This document shows, piece by piece, positions 52,200-64,000 of a stretch of 64,000 nt of DNA (positions within the stretch are counted from its first letter, which is position 1; each line of letters opens with the position of its first letter). The stretch is from positions 91,574,001 to 91,638,000 of the forward strand of contig OZ287748.1 of NCBI GenBank assembly GCA_965649765.1, read 5' to 3'. Below the pieces are notes generated by a model. The model had not been told where the DNA came from and did no database searches. It was given only the letters and a program-made list of their open reading frames with translations. This stretch comes from Bispira polyomma. Lineage: Eukaryota. Made by a program: the position numbers and the translations under genes.

Positions 52200-55100
52200 T
52201 GTACTACATCTATGTCTATACTAAGTAACCCTATATAAACTTACCAAGGTGAAGATGGATTAAGTTTACAATAATCAGATAGGTTACAAAGTAAAACACT
52301 GCTATCTGTTCAGTTGTAAACATTTATATAGATATATACACACACAACAGTAAAAAATTATTAAGAGTCCCCTTTTTAACAAAAACTAATATACTATTAT
52401 ACTCCGGCAAACTCAGGCAAATCTAACACCCCTCAGTTTGGATGGATTGAATGCTTCCAACCAATTCATGAAGGCCTTACATATTATTTCTGAGATGGTG
52501 GCGCCCTTTTCTATGATGGTGCTCTTTTCAGAATGAAAACAACATCAAACTGCGCCTAATAAAAACCCATAAACACTGAAACTACAGGATTAATAACAAT
52601 AACAAAGCTAACAAAAATATCATAAATTATTAGCCTGTCTCATTCTTCGGGGTCTACTTGGTGTTGCTCTCTTGTTATGAATATCAATGAAATAGTCTAC
52701 CTGATACCCTGAATGGAGGTAATTCAATTTTAATCCTATCTTATTTTTAAACAGCAGTTCAACAAAAAATGGTTCTGTAGCTGTTTTGGACAAAAGTCAC
52801 TTGATACCTTTTTATGGTGCTTTCAATGGTAAAATAAAATTTATGGCGTGAAACTGTAAAAGACTAAAAGTCATCTCTGTTAAGCACCCTATTTTCTCTT
52901 GTCTTTCCCTTTCTTTGGGCTAGTGTTTGGTCTTAACATGTGTCACCTACGTCCTACAATAAAGAGAGTGAAAAAATGTGTCAGTGATCTATTTATAACT
53001 TGGTAACTGATCACTTTCTTTCACGCCTAATTGCCCTTCAGCAACCACCATGATTTGTCAGTGTACTCCATGCCTAATATCATTTTCGTATTTTAAGGCT
53101 TTGCCTTCTTCAAGACAGGAGGGGGCTCTTACGTCATATAGACTTCCTTCACGGGAGTTGTTTAACAGCACCTATACAACTACAGTACCTGAATTGTAGT
53201 TTCCCAGTTCTTCAGGGTTTAAAGTCAAGATATTTAAGTTTTGATCAGTAAGTAACACAGGTGACGATTATTAGTAGCTACCTTAGTCAAATCTACCAGG
53301 TTTTATATACAGTTTAAGTAGAGAGTTTGGACATAAGGTCACTATATATTTAAGTAGGATTTTAGTTAAGGTTGACTAAATTTTTAGGTAAGTCTCAAGT
53401 GAGATCAAGTTTTCTAGGCGGATCCAGGGGTCAAGATCCTCTTTTTTCAAAACCGTTTTAGGAGCCGCAGAAAATATGAATCCCACAATGAGAGTTAAAA
53501 AAAATATACAATTTTGTTAGCCCTTTTTGACTGGTACATAATTATATATTATAAATATCTATAGAACGATAGGTAAGTTGTTTATTCTTATGGTAAAATG
53601 TTAAAGATTATAAAACTAAAAGACAATTATAAGAGGTATATATCATTTGCTACAACATTTCTAAGCAAATAAAAGTTTCTACATTATTATGTTTCAGAAT
53701 AATAGCAGATTAGATTTATATTTCTCAAGATAAAGTAATTATTTGCCATATCAGTATTGCACCGGGAATTATTAAAATTAATTTCCACAGGGAAAATAAT
53801 TTATTAAGTTCCATAATATGTTCATCTACTTCTGCAAAAGCTGCTTTCTTGTCCTAATTATTAGCTATCACAGTATTGCACTGAGACTTATTAAAGCAAT
53901 TTCCACAGGGAAAATAATTTATTAAATACTATAATACGTTCATCTAATTCTGCAAAAGGTGATCTCTGGTCTTAATCTTAATTGGACAAGGTTATGTTTT
54001 TGACTTTGAGTGTCTGTTATATTTAGTTTGTATGTTTCTTTGACACAATAAGTACTGAATTGATTTACATAAAATTTGATGACCCTGTCAGTCAGGGTGA
54101 AGAATTTCATTGGGGTTTAATGTCACTTTCAACACATTATATAGATCATATCGCGATGGGCCATTGTATTCATTGGGGAAAGCAGTGCTTACTACTTGGT
54201 TAAGATTCTACACTGTAAACCACCGGTCATCGGCAAGTATCTGCCAATTTTGCCACATAAAGCTGCAGATGAGATTTGAACCCACAACCTCAGAGGTTGG
54301 AAGTGTGTTAACTACTACACATAGCCCCAGTCAGGGTGAAGAAAGAACCCATAAAATTGTGGAGCAGATCCAGGGTTGTATTTTTTAAACCTTTTGGCAT
54401 TGTGGTATTTTTACAGAGGTATGCACTTTGCTGGGAACTTTTCTAGTTATACCTATATTATTATTATTAAGCATGTATAAACTGTAAAACTGGTGATAGT
54501 GGATCCATCACTGCAGTAGGTTTTAAAGAAGGGAAGTCTTACAGTATATCATTGATCATCTGAAGGCAATTTTTGATTCACATCTTGCCCAAGGGACTCT
54601 CCAATTACCCGACCTATTACAAAACTAACAGATCAAACTGAAGGCCAAGATTTAACTGTTTTAATGAAAAATGAACCTATTTTAAATAAAATCAGATGGA
54701 GGAAAAACTATGTGAATAAACTAAAAGCTAAGATAGCCCCATTTTTTTTAAAACTGATATCCTTCCCTGACCTGTATAGTTCTGTAAATGTTTTACATCC
54801 GACACCATACATACATTTCTGTCAGGGAAAGCTTTAAAGTTGGCTTTGAACTTTCTGTAAATACTTCTCGTTTAGCAATTAGCCTGAAGGTCTTTGGGCA
54901 AATTGAAATGAATGTCCTTGTGTGTGTATATATCACAAGTCACTTCCTATATACATCTGATCTTTTCCGGCCTTAAAGAACATACCTACTTTATATGTTC
55001 TTTACATATTAATGCAAGTTTATAGGCGAAAACATTTTCAGAGCAGATAACTAATGATGTAACAAAAGCAAAATGTATAATAGACTCATTACGTTTTTGT

Positions 55101-55330
55101 GAGTTTGATTTTGTCTGTTTAATTTTAATTATTTTTGCAAACATAAAAAGCATTATTGTAAGGACTGAAATAGAACACACATCTACATTTACTTTAGACA
55201 TTGCTGTGTCTTTTTTAAAAGACAACTCTTCTATGTATTACCACAATGCTAACAAAAACGTATAGAGATGTCATTGTCATAAATAAAAGGATTAGCAGAC
55301 AAAGTTTAGAATAAAGCAAATGTCATGGCT
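52200..55330 (-). pseudogene. Decayed TLR (psi14), paralog of psi9
   Basis: Colinear with 38900-41800, including the ISICPKTFRLIAKREVF block. Confidence 0.65.
54105..54327 (-). mobile_element. tRNA-derived SINE (family 3, central domain related to family 1)
   Basis: B box GGTTCAAATC; perfect 16-bp TSD CAGTCAGGGTGAAGAA (54089-54104 and 54328-54343). Confidence 0.9.
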
Positions 55331-56339
55331 TGTGACTAGTGCTGTATATTACAATCGATTCTAATTCCCAGGGTTATCATTTTATACTTCTTGACCTATC
55401 GATTTTTCACCATGACGTAATTGTGCGTCTTTGTCTTTTTTTCAGTACATCTTAAAAAAAATTTTCTTCAAAAAGTGTTGATGATTTCAAGCAATGTGTA
55501 ATAACAGTATTACTAAGACTGTGATAAATATAAATTCTCTATACTAGAGCAACACTCAGCCGCATACACAGCAAAACAGATTTTTCTTTGTCCGGCCATT
55601 GCCCTATAAATCTAATGTTGTGATATTTCTTTAGGGTTATAGTTTATGGAGCTGTAATATGTTTGATAGCTTGTTATCAACTAATGGAAACTGTTATCAA
55701 AACTTGCAGTAGGTCATACAGTGAGGCCAGGCAATGATAGGTAATGATAAGTCTTGTGCAAAAAGATTTTTTCCTTGTTAAAGCCATTTAATTTACGGTT
55801 ATATGACATACACACTCTTTATAATTTGAAGCTTAAATAATAAATTTAATGATATATTTTACAATATATATTTTAATTCAGATTCTAACTTTCCTGTTGG
55901 TATATTTTAAACAGACTATTGCCGTGGTAACACTGGGCTCCAGTTTCGATTACACTCACAAATTAACTAACGGAAAGTAAAACGTAATGAAAACGAATAT
56001 GAAACAAAGTTTGCTAATTGAAAGTATATATACGTAAGCTTGCACAAGTAAAACATAAGAAAAATGAAGAGAAAATTCATCATTTATAACTCAACAAAAA
56101 ATAGTACGTTTGGAGCTGTTTTCGACAAAATCCACTAAAATTTTGGGAAAAATGTTTAAGGAAAACGTAGGACACGTTTGTAATTTGTATATGATCCTAC
56201 AAAAATGCACTAAAATATACCTTACATCTAAATAATGTGAACGATGTAAATCAAGCGAATGCATCCTATTTAAACTTGGGTAACAAGATCAAAACGTAAT
56301 TAAATGCCTAAGGGAATAGTATAGAATATATCTAAAAAA

Positions 56340-59300
56340 CGTGGCTAACATAACAAATCTAGTTGAAATGGCTACAAAAACATGTTGAATGCATGTACAA
56401 AACATGTATAAACGTCTCATACATTAATTTTGTGTTATGTTTTCCCAATTTGACTTTGTTTATTTCCATTTGCTTATAATTCTTAAAATAAAAAAAATGA
56501 AATTAAGTAAACCTGCTCAATGTATTCCGTGTGACAGTGCCATATGCTAGTAACAACCACTTTACTAACAATTAACAAATCTATGTATTATATGTATTGA
56601 ATCATTTATCAATTAATAACCGTGCATGTTCTATGGCTGTTGCTTTCCAAGAAAAGATTGCCGAACAATCTCACATTAGTTGTTAGTAGTAGTCAATTAT
56701 GTGTTCTTACATATTCGCCAAAAGGTATTATCCCCCAAATAACAATTATGGTGTTACTGTTAGTTGTACCAATGGCGATCAAACCCATAACTCCACAAAC
56801 AATCAGCATTTCGAAACCACACCTAAGCTATGGTAAAATAGAATGTGGTTTTGTTATCTCTAAAGCAAAGGACACTAATTAACAGAAAGCAGCAATTGCA
56901 CATGACCGAGCTATCAGAATTATTCATACCAAGTTTGTGTTCGTGACAAGTTAGGTGGATAAGAACCAGTACTGTAATGTAAAGATTGTTTATTAGTTTT
57001 TGATGTAAAGTTGTAACCTGATGCATTTGTGATATCCCTGTTTTAGCATTCCATTGGTATTTGTCTGATACACAATGCCCACTGAGCAATAATCAGATGC
57101 TATCAAGTAGTTATAGAGAAGAAATAACAAATAACAAAAGTGCATGCATCTTAATCTTGTTTTTATATGCCTCCCTGTAAAGAACAAATACTTAGGAAGT
57201 AAATACCTGTGTAAACAAACATCAATTCCTTGGTGCATTAAAGTTTTCAGCAATCAGTAACCACATAGCTAAAGTCTAGTGCAGAGATAAACATATACAC
57301 AGAGTGCGTATTATATTTTAATAATTGAGTGTATGAAGTTCCTTTTTGCTACCTGTTTTGTATCTACCAGATTAAAAAGTTTAAGCATATACAAGCTTGC
57401 AAAGAATTATAGATACATTGAAATTGAAAAAGATTTGCTTTACCTAATCTTTACCCGATGTTAACCCACTTAAGCTCATTTGGGTTGTCTTAGGTGATCC
57501 TCTCTCATCAAGATATGTCAAAACAGGTTGATCCAAGTATTTAAATCAATGAATAAAAACCTATATATATACATGTTTGTCAAACTAAAACCATAACCTA
57601 ATTATTTATCACTTGAGAATATAGATCTACGGAGTATATTTCATGTTCAGGTAATACTTTCACAGGTTTACAGAAATGCATATCTGCACCAATCTCCCTG
57701 GCCTGTTTGTAGGATGTGATCTTGGTAAGAGCCTTCTGAAACCTGTGTACTTTAATACCCCCTGCATCTGAGTGGGATATAAACCATAAAAACTTGAAAC
57801 TAATTTGTTTTCCCTTTTTACCCATACGCTCTATATGTTTGCGAATAACACAGATAAGTTAACAGACAGCAATGGTATCCAAAGGATTGGTTTACATGTG
57901 TCTTACATAATTGATGAATATATAGCTCATCTGGTATTCTGACTTTCCCTTTATACAGGTTAATATTAATAATACTCAACAGTTTTAGGAGAAGTGTACT
58001 TTTTTTTTTAGCTATAAAAAAGTCAGTGAATTTTTAGTACAGTGGCTGTATATTTTCCAAAATAAATACGAAACTCAAAGTCAAGCTCAAATCTGATATA
58101 TACATGTTCTTTAGGGTGATTAAATATGACTGCATATTTAAATTTAGGGTTAAAAGCTCTACTAACATGAATAGTTACAAGTATAAGTCTTTTCTATATA
58201 TAGGGATTTCCACAGTGCCTGCATTTGAGACAAGTCTGACTTTAACCTTGAGTTTCTTTGGAGAATATGGGCCCAGACGTTCCAAGGTGCCCTAAATAAA
58301 CTAAGCTCAGCTAAAGTTATAGTTATATCTAACCAAGCAAGCATCTAGCAATGGACTGGATCTCAATATGTTTTTTAAAACATGAGGTTATGAATAAATC
58401 ATGAGTTAAGAGAAAGAACAAAAGGGTCATTTGTTGGATGAAAGGCTTGTTTGCTTACCTATTGTGGTTCAGAATACTGCAGCGAACATGATATGTAAAA
58501 TATTTGCACAATGTTATAAAATTAAATTTGGATGACTTCCTTTCAAATGCTGCAAGATTTTAGAAATGCGTATAAAGGACAACTGTGTTGCTTGTCAGTG
58601 TAAATAGCTAGATGTGATTGTATTCAAATTGGTGACTTTAGAATTGTATTTACACCAAAAAAAGGAACAAATTATTGTCTATATTTATATTTTCTGCAGA
58701 TAAAAAGTAAACCACATTTACTATTGCAGATTTGAAATCTGTATCTTTTTGGAGATTTTTCCTTTACTTGGATGATGCATACATATATAAAATGTTGGAT
58801 GCATTTGTAGCTATAACATGTAGTTTTCTGCCTATATTATGATTTGTCATAGGTTGCGTGTTGCCAATTTTCTTTTGAGCCTTACACACTATATAGATAT
58901 AAGAGACAACTTGTTCAAATTCCCAAAGCCCAGGAGGATAAAGTAGGGTTTCAACATACTTTTGCTGGATTATTGTGAGCAACATAAAATAGTTTTATAT
59001 TTCCACAGCCTCAAAACAAGTAAATCTCTCCTTCTTACTTTTATTTATTGTTATGAGCAACAGGTATAATACATGAATATCATTAGAGATGAAGGACTAC
59101 ATTTGCTAGAGTAATGTTGGAATAGTAATTGCTAATCATCTGTGACTCGTACTGATGCTACAATATTTACTAAAACATACATCTGTCTATTGGAGATGGG
59201 TTGTAATAACAGTTTTAAATACATACTTATCAGACATACTGGGTTAACTGACATACTGGTCCATTTTGTAACATAATAATCACATTACTGGCATTCCTAC

Positions 59301-59364
59301 TAGCACGCTATCAGTTACTTCCTTCTCTGAAATACTGATACAAAGATGAAGATCGAGCAGAAAC
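56340..59364 (-). pseudogene. Decayed TLR (psi15), paralog of psi10
   Basis: Colinear with 42500-45029; ORF 57598-57825 is a surviving stretch. Confidence 0.68.
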
Positions 59365-60489
59365 CTAAATACAATATGTGTATAGAATACAAATTATATA
59401 ACCTTGGTAATATTATCGGAAATGTTTAGCACTCCTATTGATATACCATGCTTTAAAGCACTGATTCTATAACAAGAATAGTCCAGCAACATAAGCCCAG
59501 CCTTGGTCAACAGTACATGGTCACAACCTGATGAGCTCACATTTTGCCCAAGGGTATTATTCCCCAATGAACCAAGCAGTATATCCGCGAGGAACTAAAC
59601 AGAGGACCTTTGTGATTACCAGTCAAACTCCCCCAACACGGAATTAAATTGGGGGCTTTCTGATCACCAGAAAAAAATTCCCAGCCACTGAGCCACGGGA
59701 AACCACAACCTTTTGTGTTTAGACTATATGATAATACTTAAATAATAGTGTATGATAATAACACTATATATAGCTATATACATACCATCTAAAGTTAGTC
59801 ACAAAAATACAGCTAAAGTCGAATTTTAATAAAGTGGGGAAATGTTAAAACTATCAGTTTTTCATTGTTAAACAATTCAAAGTTCTGAATAACAAGACCA
59901 CAAATAATTTGGTACGAAAATGTTTTTCTTTATTTAAACACTAGTTGTTTTTTGTTTTTTTGTTGTTGTTTTTTTTGTTGTACTAAATTAGTCTTCATTA
60001 AGCTAGTAACCAAATGCTACATTTTTTCATATTCCAGATCTGAACAGTATTGCTGGCAACACAACTTGCCAGCCTGAAGTACACAACAATCATAAACGTC
60101 CTGAGACAAACCGCATACCTATCTGAGAAGCACAGAAGCTGAGAGATAATGATAAAATATTTGATTTGATTTGGTCTGATTTGTGTTTTCTAGTGGTAAT
60201 CTGATGAATCTTTATATTTTGTGCTGTATATTAGTAGTGTACATAGTTTGTAGGAATTACTACCTTTGTATCAAGTATTGTAATAATTTTATAGCATACA
60301 AATCACTAAACTATGTTAATACCAACTATGGATTGGATATATAAACTATAATCTCGTTAAAGTCATAGCTAATATTAATATTTCGAGGTGTCAAATGCCT
60401 ATAACAAGGCGTAATTGACATAATAGGCATCCCTTAACCCCCGAAACTGAATTAAATAGTAAGTAAGAGAATCCCCTTTTGTTTAGACT

Positions 60490-61290
60490 TATATATTTTT
60501 TAGCTAAACATACCTTTCTTGGCCTGTATAGTTCTGTAAATGTTTTACATACGACACCATACATACATTTCTGTCAGGGAAAGCTTTAAAGTTGGCTTTG
60601 AACTTGATGTAAATACTTCTTATTTAGCAATTAGCCTGAAGGTCTTTGGGCAAATTGAAATGAATGCCCTTGTGTCTGTGTATATACCACAAGTCACTTC
60701 CGCTACACGTGTGATCGTTTGGGGGTCTTAAAGTAAAACCATTCATTATATGTGTTTTACATATAAATATAAGTTTATAGGGGAAAACATTTTGAGAGCA
60801 AATAACTATTCAAGTAGCAAAAGCAAAATGTAAGATAGATTCATTGCACATTTGTTGTTATTTCTGTTTAATTTTAATCATTTTTACAAACTTAGCACAA
60901 TGCCATAGAAAATTGTTTGCTTAAGAAGAAGTACCTGATGATTGAAAAAGATATTATGCTTATGTACACCCTTAGTCATAATTAACCCAGATTAATATAG
61001 CATGACTTTAGTATCCAACAACAGCACTTGCAACCTTGAAAATCTCCAAGGAAATGATCTGAAGTAGCAATTGCTGCATTATGTCACCCAAGAAAATCCC
61101 AACGCATACTCCATGCATTTTGTTTGCTTTCAAACATGTCATTTGGTACTTGTGGGACCGAAGCCTGTATGTTTGGACTGTATGTAGTATGTATTACTAC
61201 AATACTAACACCAAGCTATAGTGATGTAATGTTCATAACCAAGAGTATTAGCAGACAGCATTTAGGATTAATCAAATTTCATGGCTTGCT
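60490..61290 (-). pseudogene. 5' part of a decayed TLR (psi16), third copy of psi9
   Basis: FSRLQVLLLD, LLKQTIFYGI, AFISICPKTFRLIAK*EVF. Confidence 0.62.
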
Positions 61291-62159
61291 ACTACTGGTA
61301 TAGATTACAATCAATTCTACTTCCCAGGGTTATCATGTTGTACTTCTTAACCTACTGATTTTTCGCCATGACGTAAAAGTGTATATTTATTTCCCTTTTT
61401 GCAATTATTTCAGTACTTCTTAAAAAATAATTCTAAATCATTGTTGATAGATTTCACAAATTATGAAACAACTGTATTGATAAAATTTATGTAGGCAATA
61501 ACAAATATCTGTTATATTCAAGATATACTTAAACCAGTATATTCTCTTAATATGAGATAAAGTATTTGTTAGACTACTTCTGTACAAATTAGGCTGCATT
61601 GAAATCATTTTGTCAGTAAAATTGTTAAATCTTTTGTGCTATTTTTGTTATATAATATGCTATTGACTTTACTTTTATAGTTTGTATACTTAGAATATGA
61701 ATTAAGACATAAATAAATAAGCAAACTTAAAACTACAATAAAAATGATCACGTCACTATAATAAGGCAACAGCGCATTAAAAAAAACGTAGCATAAACAA
61801 TAAAGCAAATGCTGAGATTTTTTCAGTGCGGTTATTGCCTTATAAATCTAAAGTTCTGATATTATCCTTATGGGTATAGTTTTTGGAGCTGTAATATGAT
61901 GACAGTTTGATATATTGTTATCAAACCAACTAATGGAAAATGTTATCAAAACTTGCAGTGGGTACTACAGTTAGGTCATGCTATGATAACTCTTGTAAAA
62001 TAAAGATGTATTTTTTGTTAGAGCCATTTACTTAACAGTTATATGACTTAAAAACCATTTTTAATTTGAAGCTTAAATAGTGTATTTAGTGATACATCTC
62101 ACAATTACGTTTAAATCAGATTCTACCTTTTCATGTTTTGGATGTATCAAGAAAACAAT

Positions 62160-64000
62160 AGACCATGATAGTGACAAGCACTATGCTAATAACGGACTAA
62201 TCTAGGTATCATATGTGTTCTTCAAAAAAGGATATTGTCGGACAATATCCCATGAGTTGTAATTAGTAGTCAATTATCTGCTTACATCTTCTTGGCCAAA
62301 GGTGTTATCCCCCAAAATCACCATCGAACCAGGATCCCCCTGATCACCACACCCTTAACACCTTAAACATTCAACCTTGGAAAGCCACAATTAAGCTCTG
62401 ATGAAGGTATGGGGTTTAGTTGTATCCAAAGCAAAATGTTTTCGATAAAACTATTCAGGGCTTATATTCGCAAAGGTTGTCATTGTTATATTTTTGTCGC
62501 AATCAATTTAATTTGGTGAAAATATTCTTTCAAAGAATCTGATTGGCTGAAACTAATCTAATCTAGACTAATGCTTATGACTACGAATGCTTATGACTAC
62601 GGCCCCAAAAAAACAAAATAGCAAGAACATATAAAAACCTGTACTATATAATGCAAAGAATGTATTTTTGTTTTAATTTGGTAAAGTTTTTACTACTGAT
62701 GCATTTACTATTTCCCTGTATCAGCATTCCACTTGTTTAGCAGTGGGTAATCTCTGATTTAGTATTTAGCTGCCACACAACACCCCTACTATGTAATAAT
62801 CAGATGATAACAGGTAGAGACGAAATAACAAAAACACATGCACCATAATAATGTATATATGATATACCTCCAAATGAGCAAAAACTGCCTGAGTAAACAA
62901 ACATCAATTCCCCAGTGCATCAAAGTTATCAGCAATCAGTAATTATGCAGCTACAGTTTAGTGCAGAGATAAACCTAAACATATACACAGACTGTGTGTT
63001 ATGTTTTAATTATTGAGTGTAAGAAGTTATATTTGTACCTGTTTTGTAGTGGTATATATAGCATTAATCTACCAGATAAAAAAGTTTTGATATGCATATC
63101 CAGGCTTGCAAAAAAAATGAGGGATATATTGAAATTTAAAACAATTGGATTTACCTAATCTTTACCCGATGTTAACCCACTTCAGCACCTTTGGTTCGTT
63201 TCAGGTGATACCCTGTTATCAAGAAATATCTAAAATTTCATTGAACTGGACCAAGCTTAACAGGAAGAGTGGATGAACTTAGCCCAAGACCTGCATGTCT
63301 CGAAGGATGCCATGTATTGTGGTTAGAGTGTCAGACTTTAGATCTGAAACATCTAAGGTTACGGGTTCGATCCTCGCTGCTGGCCTAGTGGTTGTACCTT
63401 TGGATAAGGTACTTTACACAAAGTTGTCCCTCTATACCCAGGTGTATAAATGGGTACTTGGTCCCCAGTGGGCGTTAGTCTTTATGTGCCTTTTGTGGCA
63501 GAATGGCTAGTATGCTTTCTGAGGGAGCTGAAACTAAACAATTGGTTGACAACAGACGAGCCCAGGCTGGAGTAATAATGTCAAAGCGCATTACATAACA
63601 GTCATGTTCATAACAGTCCTATATTTAAAAAATGATAATTATTATTGTGCAAGGTGAAAGCTTTCATATAAAATACTGAAAAATTTTATTGCAGTCAAAT
63701 GTTTAATAAATTAAATTAAATTGACGTTTTTTATCAATCATACGGTTTATCCGAAAATTTAAATCAATAATTTTTATGTAGATATAAGTTTGTAAAAGTA
63801 AAACAACAACCTAATTATCTATTACTGGAGAATTAACATGTATAGAGCATATTTCATGTCCAGGTAATAGTTTTCACAGGCCTACAGAAATGCATGTCTG
63901 AACAAATATCCCTGTCCTGTTTGTAGGTTGAAATATTAGTAAGAGCATTATAAAAACGATATACCCCCACCCCCCATCCCCACTGCTAATTTGTGACATT
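62160..64000 (-). pseudogene. 3' part of a decayed TLR (psi17), third copy of psi10
   Basis: Colinear with 42560-43450 (LRR-LRRCT-TM-TIR segment). Confidence 0.6.
63305..63645 (+). mobile_element. CORE-type tRNA-SINE with L2-like tail
   Basis: B box GGTTCGATCC; CORE-like GTTGTACCTTTGGATAAGGTACTTTAC..CCAGGTGTATAAATGGGTAC; tail TAATAATGTCAAAGCGC..(ATT)n. Confidence 0.8.

Larger units (their letters stand above)
45340..59670 (+). repeat. Segmental duplication unit B, head-to-tail after unit A
   Basis: 45345-45389 plus 46028 onward match 26750 onward; the end GGGGCTTTCTGATCACC at 59651 matches 45301. Confidence 0.95.
60490..64000 (+). repeat. Segmental duplication unit C (partial, runs off the window)
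   Basis: Matches 40810-43450 and 54770-57760, but is more diverged. Confidence 0.92.

Noticed and set aside
54788-54976. Small protein gene MFYIRHH.. (also 60540-60731)
   Set aside because: Antisense to an LRR remnant, ATG absent in unit A, C-termini differ by frameshift. Kept only as a possibility in the findings.
1-64000. Uni-strand piRNA cluster inferred from TE orientation
   Set aside because: Orientation is mixed (LINEs mostly +, SINEs mostly -, DIRS -), so sequence alone gives no support.

Overview
AT-rich animal genomic DNA, probably lophotrochozoan (mollusc- or annelid-like, inferred from the SINE, L2, RTE-X and DIRS content and the TLR motif style). I found no intact host protein-coding gene. 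Hand translation across stops and frameshifts shows that most of the apparently intergenic sequence is a dense graveyard of about 17 heavily decayed Toll-like-receptor remnants (LRRs, single LRRCT, TM, TIR), on both strands. The ORF track shows only scraps of them. They sit in two tandem segmental duplications: units at about 1-9885 and 9886-18500, and units A (about 26750-45330), B (about 45340-59670) and partial C (about 60490-64000). Stops shared between copies suggest amplification after the genes died. Short tracts of perfect identity between otherwise roughly 80%-identical copies (225 bp and 120 bp) point to recent paralog-templated exchange or local constraint. Mobile elements include a 3'-truncated DIRS/Ngaro-type retrotransposon, a 4.4-kb cargo-carrying TIR element, L2/CR1 and RTE-X fragments, several tRNA-SINE families with clear TSDs, Harbinger MITEs and Helentron-like elements. 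There is a 303-N assembly gap. Pseudogene boundaries and percent identities are by-eye estimates.
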